DNA of 64,000 bases from assembly GCA_963681965.1 (NCBI GenBank), contig OY820579.1, forward strand, positions 3,872,001 to 3,936,000. The letters are read 5' to 3'. The stretch is from a bacterium. Lineage in GTDB: Bacteria > Electryoneota > JAOADG01. Positions 29,338-39,220 of this stretch are shown in pieces (position 1 is the stretch's first letter; each line of letters opens with the position of its first letter). The translations under genes and the position numbers were made by a program. The notes under the pieces were generated by a model. It was given only the letters and a program-made list of their open reading frames with translations. It had not been told where the DNA came from and made no database searches.

Positions 29338-29991
29338 TTACTTAATATGGCAGGTCAAACAGAGTTGCGAACCTGCTTTTGTTTCATTCAAAAAGGGACG
29401 CATGTTTTCGGTAGCGCCGTACTTGTGTACATCGTGGCAGCTACTGCACTGCAGCATATTGCCGGATTCGAGCGCCCAACTCGGGAGCGATCCGACGGCA
29501 TGAAGACCGTTGTCGGCAGCGGCTGCGGTAGCGTAGTTAATGGAAATCGGGTGATCGTTGGTCAGACCCGCGGCATCGTTCAAATTCGCCGTTCCGGTGA
29601 GGACATCGCCACCGGTCATGGTGGGGGTACCGCTTCGGGAATAAATCAAGGAATTCATTGCGGTGACGCCATCATGGCAGGAGAGGCACATCAGCGATGA
29701 GCCGGTCACGTTGGGAATAACGCCGTTGGGATCGAACGCGTTGATCGTCGGACTGGAATAGACTTGGAACGTCGTGAGCGGCGTACTGCGGTTCCACAAC
29801 GGTTTCACAGTCGCCGACGCGGCGTGCGGGGTATGACAGAAAATACAGACTTGGGTCTGATTCGAATAGTGTGTGTTGGTTCCGGACGTTGCCGACGATA
29901 GATCGTGGGGTGTCCCACTGATCTGGGCAAACGACACCGAGGCAATCAGTAACAATGCGAATAACAATAAGGTAGCAAATTTCACGGTCAA
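29338..29991 (-). CDS. OmcE-like tetraheme cytochrome c (copy 1)
   Basis: TPHDLSS..TQVCIFCHTPH..PLWNR..SLMCLSCHDG..LTGTANL..NDHPISI..CSSCHDVH..PFL...AGSQLCLTCH; RBS GGGAGG. Confidence 0.85.
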   Translation of the reverse strand: MTVKFATLLLFALLLIASVSFAQISGTPHDLSSATSGTNTHYSNQTQVCIFCHTPHAASATVKPLWNRSTPLTTFQVYSSPTINAFDPNGVIPNVTGSSLMCLSCHDGVTAMNSLIYSRSGTPTMTGGDVLTGTANLNDAAGLTNDHPISINYATAAAADNGLHAVGSLPSWALESGNMLQCSSCHDVHKYGATENMRPFLNETKAGSQLCLTCHIK

Positions 29992-30108
29992 CCTCCCGGT
30001 ACAAGCGCACTTCTATTATGGAACCCGCAGCCCGCTCGATATTCAATGGTAATTTCTTACAATTCGACAAGCTACGTAGAAATAACATGGTTATTCAGTG
30101 AATGAATT

Positions 30109-30124
30109 AGCAAGAAGTGTGCCG
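30109..30124 (-). promoter_or_regulatory. sigma54 (-24/-12) promoter of the OmcE-like operon
   Basis: Minus strand CGGCACACTTCTTGCT (GG-N10-GC). Confidence 0.75.
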
Positions 30125-30275
30125 TATCGTCTAAGAGTGTGGCTCAAACCCGGCACTTTCCGAGTAGCAGTATATATCATTATACATATCAATAAGATAA
30201 ACAATAATAGTCAATCAATTCGAGCGATCTGCTCTACGAGTAAAGTACCGAAAATTAAAATCGGAGGAATCGGAC

Positions 30276-30313
30276 TGCGTAATTTGACACAGTGAAGCGA
30301 GTGAATTAGCTCA
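30276..30313. promoter_or_regulatory. Paired candidate enhancer (UAS) sites
   Basis: TGCGTAATTTGACACA (30276-30291) and CGAGTGAATTAGCTCA (30298-30313), 22 bp offset. Confidence 0.6.
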
Positions 30314-30599
30314 TTCCGGGGAATCGAACCGGAGTGGTGGGAAGACATAAACCACTCGGTGAGTCTTCTTTAAAATCGCTATTGGGACACGAAAATCGAT
30401 TGATCTGCGGGATTGTTCGATAGTAGATTGGTTAAGACCGGATCTCGAACAGGTTCCGGTTGTGCTTTGAATGATGAATGATGGTTAGGTTGCAAATCAC
30501 TACTGCAGCGAGACGATGATGCTTGATACGATCCCGACGACACCACTCGAATTCCAATTTCCTCGGCTAGCCTTGCGGCTGTTGGCGTTGCGTAATTGT

Positions 30600-31997
30600 A
30601 TGCGCTGCCTGATCGCGCTCATCCTGATCTTTCCGGGAATTTTGCTCAATCCCCTCAACATTGCCCACGCCGAATGGATTCGACTCGATAGTCTGGGTGC
30701 AATGGGGGATGGGTATGTTGCAACCTGTAATGGTAATGGATTCGCGGCATTCCCTGAAAGTCGCCGTATTGGATTGAACCGTACCGATGGTTGGGTATCT
30801 CTTTACAATTTACAAACCGGACATAGGATATGGACGCAACGAATATTCATACCCATGCCTTCCGATTCGATGGAAGCAGGCGGACCAGAAAAATTGGTTT
30901 CAGTTCTGTTACCAGATACATCGACTCTAGTATTAGTTACCAATAACGCCACGACCAACATTTATTCGAAAATATTTGCTCCCGATGGATCTGTGCGCCG
31001 CGATTGGGACTCGATCGGTGGTGACGAGAATATTTTTAATTTATATTCTCCGGTCTGTGACGATAGCGGACATACGTTTATTGTCTATGGTAGTCGATGC
31101 TTCCGTTTCTCAGTAAATGGCACGATCGATTGGACGGCTAGAATGCCCAATATGGTTATTTTTAATTCTTTTGTGCCTGACCAGTCGGGGGGAGCTTTTG
31201 TTTGGCATATCGACTACACTTCAACACAATATAATCACTACGTCTGTCATGTATTGAACGATGGCAGCGTCATCGGTCCTACTCTGGTTTATGTTACTCC
31301 TCATACGAATAACGGTTATGGCGCGGCTGGGATTACTTATGCCGCAAATACTCGCAGGTTGTTTCTTTATGAAAATTGGGGCTTTGGGGCGCTTAACGCA
31401 GTTGAGGTTGACCCGGATTCGTTAAGGTATATCACCACTTCACAGGTCTATTTTTGTGATGCTGAAGGGGGAGGATCGGATTTTCGTGCAGGAATGGATA
31501 CGACCTGGATTTTATTATCCTATTACCTACCTGACTCTACCGGACAACAACAATGGGTAAATACCCATCTTTACTACTATGCTACTGACGACTCTCTCCG
31601 CACAGCATGGATTTTCCCCGACCGCAATCAGAGCAGGCTTCAGATTCTGACCCAGGGAAACGATATGATTTGCCGGTTCGGGCGTACCGCCTATTACCGT
31701 CGCACCAGTAATTCCAGTATTGCAGCGCGCGATGCTGTCATCACCAAATATTCGCTGGTCTGCTATCCCAATCCGACGAATGGCTCGCTGCTGCTGCGCG
31801 GATTTCCGACAGGGAGTGGTCAAATCCAGCTCTACAATTTATTGGGACAAGCGCTCTATCCGACGATGGCGGTCACCGGATCGAATGCGATCTCCTATCA
31901 ACTTCCTCCGGTGTTGCCGAGTGGTAGTTATTTCATGGTCTATTCGTCATCGAATGGACGAACCAGACTCACTTGCCCCATCACAGTGACGAAATGA
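30600..31997 (+). CDS. Secreted beta-rich protein with T9SS type A-like C-terminal domain
   Basis: Signal peptide MRCLIALIL; YPNPTNG...LYNLLGQ...LPSGSYF; start reassigned from 30516. Confidence 0.75.
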   Translation: MRCLIALILIFPGILLNPLNIAHAEWIRLDSLGAMGDGYVATCNGNGFAAFPESRRIGLNRTDGWVSLYNLQTGHRIWTQRIFIPMPSDSMEAGGPEKLVSVLLPDTSTLVLVTNNATTNIYSKIFAPDGSVRRDWDSIGGDENIFNLYSPVCDDSGHTFIVYGSRCFRFSVNGTIDWTARMPNMVIFNSFVPDQSGGAFVWHIDYTSTQYNHYVCHVLNDGSVIGPTLVYVTPHTNNGYGAAGITYAANTRRLFLYENWGFGALNAVEVDPDSLRYITTSQVYFCDAEGGGSDFRAGMDTTWILLSYYLPDSTGQQQWVNTHLYYYATDDSLRTAWIFPDRNQSRLQILTQGNDMICRFGRTAYYRRTSNSSIAARDAVITKYSLVCYPNPTNGSLLLRGFPTGSGQIQLYNLLGQALYPTMAVTGSNAISYQLPPVLPSGSYFMVYSSSNGRTRLTCPITVTK

Positions 31998-32004
31998 GGC
32001 TGCC

Positions 32005-33390
32005 ATGCGAAAAATGATTGGGCTTGTTGTTATCGTGGTGACGTTATTATGCCAAGTCGTGGGTGCACAAACCTGGCTTCCGATCGGACCGTTTTGGTTT
32101 GCTCGCGATGCAATTTTAGACGGAAATAATAGATTGGTGTTATCACAGGACCTCAATAACGGTGGTGATTCTAATTATTACAGTCAATTCGATCTTGTGA
32201 CCGGTCAACAATTGTGGCGCAGGTACGAGACCATTCAAATCGATCCATCCCGAACTGTAGGACTTGCAGCATCTAACGATCACTCTTTTTTCAGTCTAAC
32301 TATGTGGGCTGGTCTCACATTTGCAAAATGGGATAGTAATGGAAATAATACTATACCACCTGTCAGCATTGATTCGACCTTTCGATATGTTCATTGGACT
32401 AACTATTCATGTGACCAACTTGGTAATTTGTACATTACTTGGAATCAAAATCGAGTCGGTTGGTGGTACTGGAGGATAAACTCGCGAGGTGAAATAGATA
32501 AAAGAATACTATTAAATCCGGGAACTGCATACAATTTTCGAGTTGCTTGTGATCATTTGGGAGGTGCATATCTCTGGGCAATAGAGGACTCAAGTAATAA
32601 TTTCTTTCGTCATTATCTATGGCATATCGATGGAACAACCGATTCAGTTCAGGGACCGATTATATATCGAACAACATCGAGAAATGTTAATATGAGCGGG
32701 TTATACTATTCCTGGAATGCAAGGAAACTAGTAGCGATAGAACAGTACGATTCACTTATTTTTCATCTTGAACGCGCAATTGAAATTGATCCCGATTCGT
32801 TACGGATGACTCACATATGCATACCGTTTGATCATCCAACGCAAGGTAACGGTTGGTCGTATTGTGCAGATGCCGATACGATCTGGCAGTTAAGCCCGAT
32901 AGGTGGTTACGATTCGTCGGGAATTTATCACGACGATTTTCGCTTAATTCTGTCAGGGCTTGCAGCTGATACAAATTGGTTTGTTGCCGAGACTCTTCCT
33001 CGGAATATGCTGGTCTCAAGACCGGATATTCCTAATAGGGCAATCGTTGCCCTAAATAATCAATTAGTTGTCCTCTGGAACGGTAGTGGAATTACTCGTC
33101 GAATTTCCAACACTGGTGTTGACAAACCTTATTACTCGCTACCACAATCGAATTTTTTCATTTTTCCCAATCCGACGAATGGCTGGTTCACGCTATCAGG
33201 ATTTTCAAACTCGAAATCACGCTGGCAACTATTCGATATACTCGGACGTGAAGTGCTGTCCGGCACCATTCCGCGCGGAACATCGCGCACCGCAATTCAA
33301 TTTCCGTCACAGCTTTCGTCGGGGAGTTATTATTTACAGCTTGCCGATCCGCCACAGTCGCAGATTCGAGCGATACGGCTGGTGCGATAA
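32005..33390 (+). CDS. Secreted beta-rich protein with T9SS type A-like C-terminal domain (paralog of the upstream gene)
   Basis: FPNPTNG...FDILGREV...LSSGSYYL; shares E(V/I)DPDSLR and GGA(F/Y)xW motifs. Confidence 0.8.
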   Translation: MRKMIGLVVIVVTLLCQVVGAQTWLPIGPFWFARDAILDGNNRLVLSQDLNNGGDSNYYSQFDLVTGQQLWRRYETIQIDPSRTVGLAASNDHSFFSLTMWAGLTFAKWDSNGNNTIPPVSIDSTFRYVHWTNYSCDQLGNLYITWNQNRVGWWYWRINSRGEIDKRILLNPGTAYNFRVACDHLGGAYLWAIEDSSNNFFRHYLWHIDGTTDSVQGPIIYRTTSRNVNMSGLYYSWNARKLVAIEQYDSLIFHLERAIEIDPDSLRMTHICIPFDHPTQGNGWSYCADADTIWQLSPIGGYDSSGIYHDDFRLILSGLAADTNWFVAETLPRNMLVSRPDIPNRAIVALNNQLVVLWNGSGITRRISNTGVDKPYYSLPQSNFFIFPNPTNGWFTLSGFSNSKSRWQLFDILGREVLSGTIPRGTSRTAIQFPSQLSSGSYYLQLADPPQSQIRAIRLVR

Positions 33391-33459
33391 GGTTTCGAGG
33401 AAAAACGATGAACAATGTTGGATGCAGATTTGATGGGAAGATTTTGTGGAGTCGATGAG

Positions 33460-34419
33460 ATGAAATATTTATCTTTAAAACCCACTCTCTTGTTTGTTCT
33501 ATTCGTTTTAATTTTATCTTCAGTCGTCGATGCTAATAAGTATTATGGTTCCTATTTTAGAATAGGTCCAACAAAACATGAAAATTTGAAAACCAATGAA
33601 GCATTTTCGGTTTGCACTGTATGGAAAATAGAAAAGAAAACTTCCTCAATTTCTGTCGACATATCTTTACCTGTCGGAGTCACATTACTAAGTGGCGATC
33701 TCCATTGGCAAACGGCAGTAGTGCAACATGAATCATATGACAAGTATTGCTCAGTTGTAATCGATGGATCAGGAATTTTTGTGGTTCCTTGTGTGTTCAA
33801 TGCGGTTCAATGTGAGGATTCCAGCTTCGCTAGATCATTACCAATTCACGACACGCTGTTTTTCGCCTCGCGCGAAGACACCGTTGCATATTTTGATTCC
33901 CAGCAGAAATTGGATCAGTATATCCGGGACTCTGCAAAATATTTCCCTCGAGTTCATCATAGAAAAACAAATCTTCAATTTGAAATTCATAACTTCAAAG
34001 AACAAGCTGATAGCATTATTGGAATTACGAATGGGGGTCCGTTTAATCGCATATTTAGTATTTTTTCGCTTTACGCACTCACTTTTCCAGACTCTAATTA
34101 TCGCGCTTCACTGCCTGATACATTTTCTCAAAACCAGTTGGAACGCATTCACACATTTCTTTTAATTTTTTCGCCACCTGATCAAACTCGGATTGCAAAT
34201 TTATGCAACTCGATCTTCCAGAGGGTAAATCCCAATCTGGCACTTGACAAACGCGAACGTTTCATCAATGCGGTTCAATTGCAGCTTGATGAGTTATTTG
34301 TGTTTGATCGGCAAATAATTATTGCTGAGAACTCGACGGTGGTCGACTCCCTGAATCTTAAGCGTTTTGGGCGAATTCTTTTGAGATTCAGCAAGCTATG
34401 CCATGAAGAAAAATGGTAA
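33460..34419 (+). CDS. Hypothetical exported protein (AT-rich)
   Basis: Open frame of about 320 aa with signal peptide MKYLSLK; no recognised motif. Confidence 0.6.
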   Translation: MKYLSLKPTLLFVLFVLILSSVVDANKYYGSYFRIGPTKHENLKTNEAFSVCTVWKIEKKTSSISVDISLPVGVTLLSGDLHWQTAVVQHESYDKYCSVVIDGSGIFVVPCVFNAVQCEDSSFARSLPIHDTLFFASREDTVAYFDSQQKLDQYIRDSAKYFPRVHHRKTNLQFEIHNFKEQADSIIGITNGGPFNRIFSIFSLYALTFPDSNYRASLPDTFSQNQLERIHTFLLIFSPPDQTRIANLCNSIFQRVNPNLALDKRERFINAVQLQLDELFVFDRQIIIAENSTVVDSLNLKRFGRILLRFSKLCHEEKW

Positions 34420-34629
34420 TGCTTTGTGGCGATTTTTTTCAATTCAGCGATCAGATCGCCAGACAATCGATGCGATTCACCCTTTTCTTTATTTTTCAAT
34501 CGATAACGTTCGAGTCTCGAGTTATTTCAATTTTACCGAATATTTGCTTGATTTATCGAAAGATTGATATTAGGTTATCTTTATCCGCGGAACGATGGTA
34601 CGCTGTTCGAACCTGCTAGAATATTCTTT

Positions 34630-34930
34630 TCCGTAGGGCAAAATTTATTCTGCCCAAATTATGTGATTACGATGAATTGAATAGCAGGTCGCAATTGGAG
34701 GCGCGGAAACAACCATCATACCCATTTACATCCCAGAAGTGGTCAGAATAAATTTTGACCTACGGAAAAGATGGGTGTTGGGAATTGGGAAAAGATAAAA
34801 AAACGGGCGAACACGGGGGTTCGCCCCTACTACAGGATAAAGATAGGGCGTATGCGATACGCCCATACGGAAAAGATGGGGCGAATGCGATTACCTTCAG
34901 TGAGCACTTCGTGATTCGCCCCTACGGAAA
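34630..34930. repeat. REP-like hairpin cluster
   Basis: GGTCAGAATAAATTTTGACC, GGGCGAAC...TTCGCCCCTAC, GGGCGTATGCGATACGCCC. Confidence 0.8.
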
Positions 34931-34997
34931 AGAAGTACTGTTCCACCAATTTTCGTGCATAGTTCGGTTTCACCTTGATGAATTGGAGGATTTTGTA

Positions 34998-37172
34998 ATG
35001 AAATCTCATCGCCACGTTTCCTGCTTACTTTCAGTTCTGCTCATCACGCTAGTCACCGTACCGATCGTCACTGCACAAATCGCCTGGGTTCCGATGGGAC
35101 CGTTCGGCGGTCACTGCACCGACATCGCTGCCACTTCCGACGGTACGTTGTACGCCTACAGCTACGGCGTCTATCGTTCGACCAACCACGGCGCCAGTTG
35201 GGAGCCGACCGGTTACTACGGGAGTTGGGATGGACACTTGCTGGTATCCGACAGTGCCGTATTCGTGACCACATTCAGCGATCTCTACCGGGTCGATTGT
35301 CAACCACCGCGATTCATCCCACGAGATGGCTCGTCAAACACACTGGTTTCGATCGATCACGATGGTCGACTGTTCCGCACCGGAGACTCGCATACCAATT
35401 TCCACTTCTTTCGCTCGACCGATTACGGTGAGCATTGGACGGTGATCGATACGTCGCTTTCCACGTATGGCAGCAGAATCGGAGCATTTCCCGACAATAG
35501 CTTGATCACCTCCGGCATCAACCAATCACGGATGACAAATTTCCGGTCGACTGATCACGGCGAGCATTGGTCTGTTTACGGCACCCCCGATCACAGTCTG
35601 GCAGTAGAGGTACTGCAATATGCCTTGGGCGAAGACGGTATCGGTTGCGCCGCCACCGATCGCGCTGTCCAGTATACCAGCGATTCCGGAATTTCATGGA
35701 ATGTAGTATTCAACATTCCGATCAATGGTTACATCGAAAAAATCGGACTGCAAGGAGACCAGCGCTTCCATTTCCTGACCTACACCGGGGGCGATTCCAG
35801 CACCTTCTTCTGGATGCCGGCAGCAAGTGGTTCATATGTGCCGACGGTATTCCATCACCGGATGTATTCCTTCGAATCGAATGATGCGTTGGGACCGATC
35901 TTTGCCGGTGAATATCCCGGAATCTGGCGCGCCGATTCGTCCGGAAACATCGCTCCGTTCGGCGATTCGCTCAATTCGTTGAATTGCCGACGGATTTTCG
36001 TCGATGCGAACAACCGGATTCATTGCTTTGCCGGGATCGATACTTCATTCTTTCATTTCTACAGCGACGATATCGGAATGCAGTGGACGCGAGCAGTATG
36101 TCCCTCGAATATTTATTATGCGAATTGCGTCATCACAAACAATTATTGGTATGCGCTCTCAACCAGCAACAACGAAATATTTCACTCTTCCGACGGCGGT
36201 TTAACCTGGTACTATCACGCCACCATTCCAACACGGATAGCCGCCTCGAATTTAGTGGCATTTGATGACGGCACACTGGTTACGTCGACCTACAACTCGC
36301 TGCAAATGCACTATTCGAGCGATGCCGGAACGAGCTGGCATGCGTTTGGATTTCCCGATTCAACCGATTACGAATTGATCTATGAATTCACAGCGATCGA
36401 TACATCGGTGATTGTCGGCTTGACGAATGGCACCATCAGTGGCACCTACCGGTGGTCATTGCACGATTCGCTGCGGCTCATCTCGCCATTTACCTGTCAG
36501 CGGCTGGCGTCCAAGGGGCTGGATGGAATGTACTACTGGTGGATGACCGATTCAGTCAGTCAATACTCACTGTATTTATCTTCGCCGGATTGGACTACGC
36601 TGCTTCATATACCGTTGCCCGATTCGCTCAGCGAGATTACGCCACTCGCAGTCGATGCTGCGGGGCAGCTCTATTTGCAGCGCAATGGCATCACGTGGAT
36701 GTCCAGCGATCGCGGTCAGCATTGGACGCAAATCACCACCGGTTTGCCGTATACCTCGAGTGATGAGAATGTCTTTTATGAATCCAATACCGTGACGGAG
36801 TTGGCAATACATCCCGTCACCGGTGTGCTTCTTGCCGGTATGACACACGGGATTTTCCGGACGGCGTCGTCCGTGACAAGCGTTGCCGAATCGCATCGGA
36901 CGGCATTGCCGACAATCCTCGCGCTCAGCAATTATCCGAATCCGTTCAACGGATCGACAGTCGTCTCGTTTACAGTTCCGCATGCGAATCGCGTGACTGT
37001 GGCGATTTACAATGTCAATGGCGAATTGGTTACGAAGCTGTTGAACAAATCGCTTGCAGCCGGTGAGCATTCGGTGAGGTGGAATGCGGAAGGGATTTCC
37101 AGCGGCGTTTATTTCTGCAAGGTTATCAGCGGCAACTTGAATGCGACGCGAAAGTTGATTTTAGTGAAATGA
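34998..37172 (+). CDS. BNR/Asp-box beta-propeller protein with T9SS/FlgD-like C-terminal domain
   Basis: Repeated STDxGxxW/SxDxGxxW; NYPNPFNG...SSGVYFC...KLILVK; RBS GGAGGA before MKSHRH. Confidence 0.88.
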   Translation: MKSHRHVSCLLSVLLITLVTVPIVTAQIAWVPMGPFGGHCTDIAATSDGTLYAYSYGVYRSTNHGASWEPTGYYGSWDGHLLVSDSAVFVTTFSDLYRVDCQPPRFIPRDGSSNTLVSIDHDGRLFRTGDSHTNFHFFRSTDYGEHWTVIDTSLSTYGSRIGAFPDNSLITSGINQSRMTNFRSTDHGEHWSVYGTPDHSLAVEVLQYALGEDGIGCAATDRAVQYTSDSGISWNVVFNIPINGYIEKIGLQGDQRFHFLTYTGGDSSTFFWMPAASGSYVPTVFHHRMYSFESNDALGPIFAGEYPGIWRADSSGNIAPFGDSLNSLNCRRIFVDANNRIHCFAGIDTSFFHFYSDDIGMQWTRAVCPSNIYYANCVITNNYWYALSTSNNEIFHSSDGGLTWYYHATIPTRIAASNLVAFDDGTLVTSTYNSLQMHYSSDAGTSWHAFGFPDSTDYELIYEFTAIDTSVIVGLTNGTISGTYRWSLHDSLRLISPFTCQRLASKGLDGMYYWWMTDSVSQYSLYLSSPDWTTLLHIPLPDSLSEITPLAVDAAGQLYLQRNGITWMSSDRGQHWTQITTGLPYTSSDENVFYESNTVTELAIHPVTGVLLAGMTHGIFRTASSVTSVAESHRTALPTILALSNYPNPFNGSTVVSFTVPHANRVTVAIYNVNGELVTKLLNKSLAAGEHSVRWNAEGISSGVYFCKVISGNLNATRKLILVK

Positions 37173-37174
37173 TG

Positions 37175-37710
37175 GGTGGTAGGTGATTGGATTTCGGTGG
37201 GTCGGAATTTATTCCGACACCTCCTGTGTCTGGTATTTGGTGGCGCAGGCCTCCGAGCCTGCGATTCCTTTTAGTAGGTCGGAATTTATTCCGACTCCTC
37301 TTGTGTCCAAAATTGAAGAAGCAACGCAGGCTGAAGCCTGCGGCTACAAACGAATAAAAAAAAGACACAAAAACGGGCGGGCGTGGGAGCCCGCCCCTAC
37401 TACAGGATACAGGATACACGATTAAAAAAGATACAAGAAGTGGTCAGAACAAGTTCTGACCTGCGGAAAAGAAGATTGGTCGTGCACCTCGAAAAGGCAA
37501 AGGATACGGGCGGGCGTGGGAGCCCGCCCCTACTACAAGATACAGGATACACGATTAAAAAAAGATACAAGAAGTGGTCAGAACAAGTTCTGACCTACGG
37601 AAAAGAAGATTGGTCGTGCACCTCGAAAAGGCAAAGGATACGGGCGGGCGCGGGGATCCGCCCCTACTAAAAGATAAAAAAGATACGGCGCACAAGCCCG
37701 CCGCTACTGA
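37175..37710. repeat. REP mosaic with a 133-134 bp tandem unit
   Basis: GGGCGGGCG...CGCCCCTAC at 37375, 37508 and 37642, alternating with GTCAGAACAAGTTCTGACC. Confidence 0.9.
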
Positions 37711-37713
37711 AAA

Positions 37714-39105
37714 TTATTCGTCGAGTGCATCCTTCAGGTCGGGTGCAAAGCGCTTGCGGAGATACGGTTTCACCGTTACAATTCCGACCAAGCCGAGCAT
37801 CAGGATGATGCATCCCGCATACACCGTCCAAGTACCGGGATCGTAAGCTACCGAGAAAATCGAATAGGTCGGATTCCCCTCAATAAAACTCGATTGATAA
37901 AATTTCCAGCCGCGATGATCCAACGTGTGGTTCATGTAAATATCGTAGGGATACTCTCCCTGCTGTGGATCATGCACGACCACATCACTAGCGAAACTCG
38001 CCGATTGACGGGTACCGGGATAGAAATCACGTTTGAATTTCTTCAATTCGATCGCAAAACCGAGATCGTACTTTTCCGCCGACATGACAAACGTCGGTGA
38101 ATTGGGACCGAAGGCAAAATCCATCCCTTTCCTGATCCAGACCGCTTTGGAAGTATTCCCTTGAGGATCGGTTACACTGAATTGCAGCGCCTGAATCCCG
38201 TTCTGCCCTTTGGTCGGTTCGAAATAGGTTCGCAGTACTACATGTTCGCGCAATTGCGTCACTGTGATCGACGATTGCGCAGTGATCGAGAATTTCTGAC
38301 CAATTGTAATAGGATCGACCTGCGGTTTATTGTCGACCATGTGCCAGACATACATCTGACCCGGCACGGCAATCAGCAGATACTGCACATTCAACTGTGC
38401 CAAGAACGACACATCGGGGGGGATTGCATTCAGGGCGATCAACTGGATGGTTCCGACCATCGGCAATTGCCAGCGGGCATTCTCGGGTTTACCACTCCAC
38501 AACCATGCATCATTCGACGCCATCGGCGCATCGAATCGAATCGCAATCGCCGGTAGACCATTCGGATCGTCTTCCATCTTGACTTCACCGACTGCCGAGG
38601 GCAAGAACCGCAACAAATTCAATTTACCGCGCTGCTTGGGTAGATCGACTACTTTCGGTTTAGCATTTTCCGATCGCGGCAACGATTCCAGGCGCAGTGG
38701 TAAAATACCATTCACACCATCGGGATAAGTGACTTCCAATTGATGGGATATAAGATCAATCGAATTGGAAGACTGCCCTTCCGCAACTGCCATCTGCCCT
38801 TCGATGCCCCAGTTGCGACTGATGACGGCACCCGCCAAAATCACGAGTACACCAATGTGGGTGAAGAGCCAGACGATCTGATGCAGCTTGAAGGGATAGC
38901 GTTCCAACGTACATGCAATCAGATTGATGGCGAGCAATCCCAATAGGAAATCGAACCAGATACTGTGATAGACATCGACTTGCGCGACTCGAGCCCCGAC
39001 CGACGACTCGTAGGTCGTGCCGAACACCATTGCGAGACCGATTACGATCAGCAAAATCACAGTTAACCGAATGGACGCCAGCGGGCGAATAAATCGTGGT
39101 AACAA
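37714..39105 (-). CDS. resB: Cytochrome c biogenesis protein ResB (system II)
   Basis: LASIRLTVILL, GTTYES, VYHSIWF, THIG, IYMNHTLDHRGWKFYQSSF, SVAYDPG. Confidence 0.88.
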   Translation of the reverse strand: MLPRFIRPLASIRLTVILLIVIGLAMVFGTTYESSVGARVAQVDVYHSIWFDFLLGLLAINLIACTLERYPFKLHQIVWLFTHIGVLVILAGAVISRNWGIEGQMAVAEGQSSNSIDLISHQLEVTYPDGVNGILPLRLESLPRSENAKPKVVDLPKQRGKLNLLRFLPSAVGEVKMEDDPNGLPAIAIRFDAPMASNDAWLWSGKPENARWQLPMVGTIQLIALNAIPPDVSFLAQLNVQYLLIAVPGQMYVWHMVDNKPQVDPITIGQKFSITAQSSITVTQLREHVVLRTYFEPTKGQNGIQALQFSVTDPQGNTSKAVWIRKGMDFAFGPNSPTFVMSAEKYDLGFAIELKKFKRDFYPGTRQSASFASDVVVHDPQQGEYPYDIYMNHTLDHRGWKFYQSSFIEGNPTYSIFSVAYDPGTWTVYAGCIILMLGLVGIVTVKPYLRKRFAPDLKDALDE

Positions 39106-39154
39106 AAATGCCTCCCGAGTGGAGTAGCGATTAATTTCGTCAAATACATCGATT

Positions 39155-39191
39155 AAGAAAAGCGCAGGCTAACAAACCGCCTGCGCTTCTT
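39155..39191 (-). terminator. Intrinsic terminator after the tetraheme gene
   Basis: AAGCGCAGGC...GCCTGCGCTT stem with an A run on the + strand. Confidence 0.7.
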
Positions 39192-39220
39192 ACCAAACAA
39201 TACGAGTGAAAGCTGAAGAA

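Noticed and set aside
30600-33390. Paralogous secreted genes as diversity-generating retroelement targets
   Set aside because: No reverse transcriptase and no template/variable repeat pair with adenine-specific differences.
34755-34997. N-terminal extension of the BNR-repeat protein
   Set aside because: It runs through a REP cluster; the RBS and signal peptide support ATG 34998.
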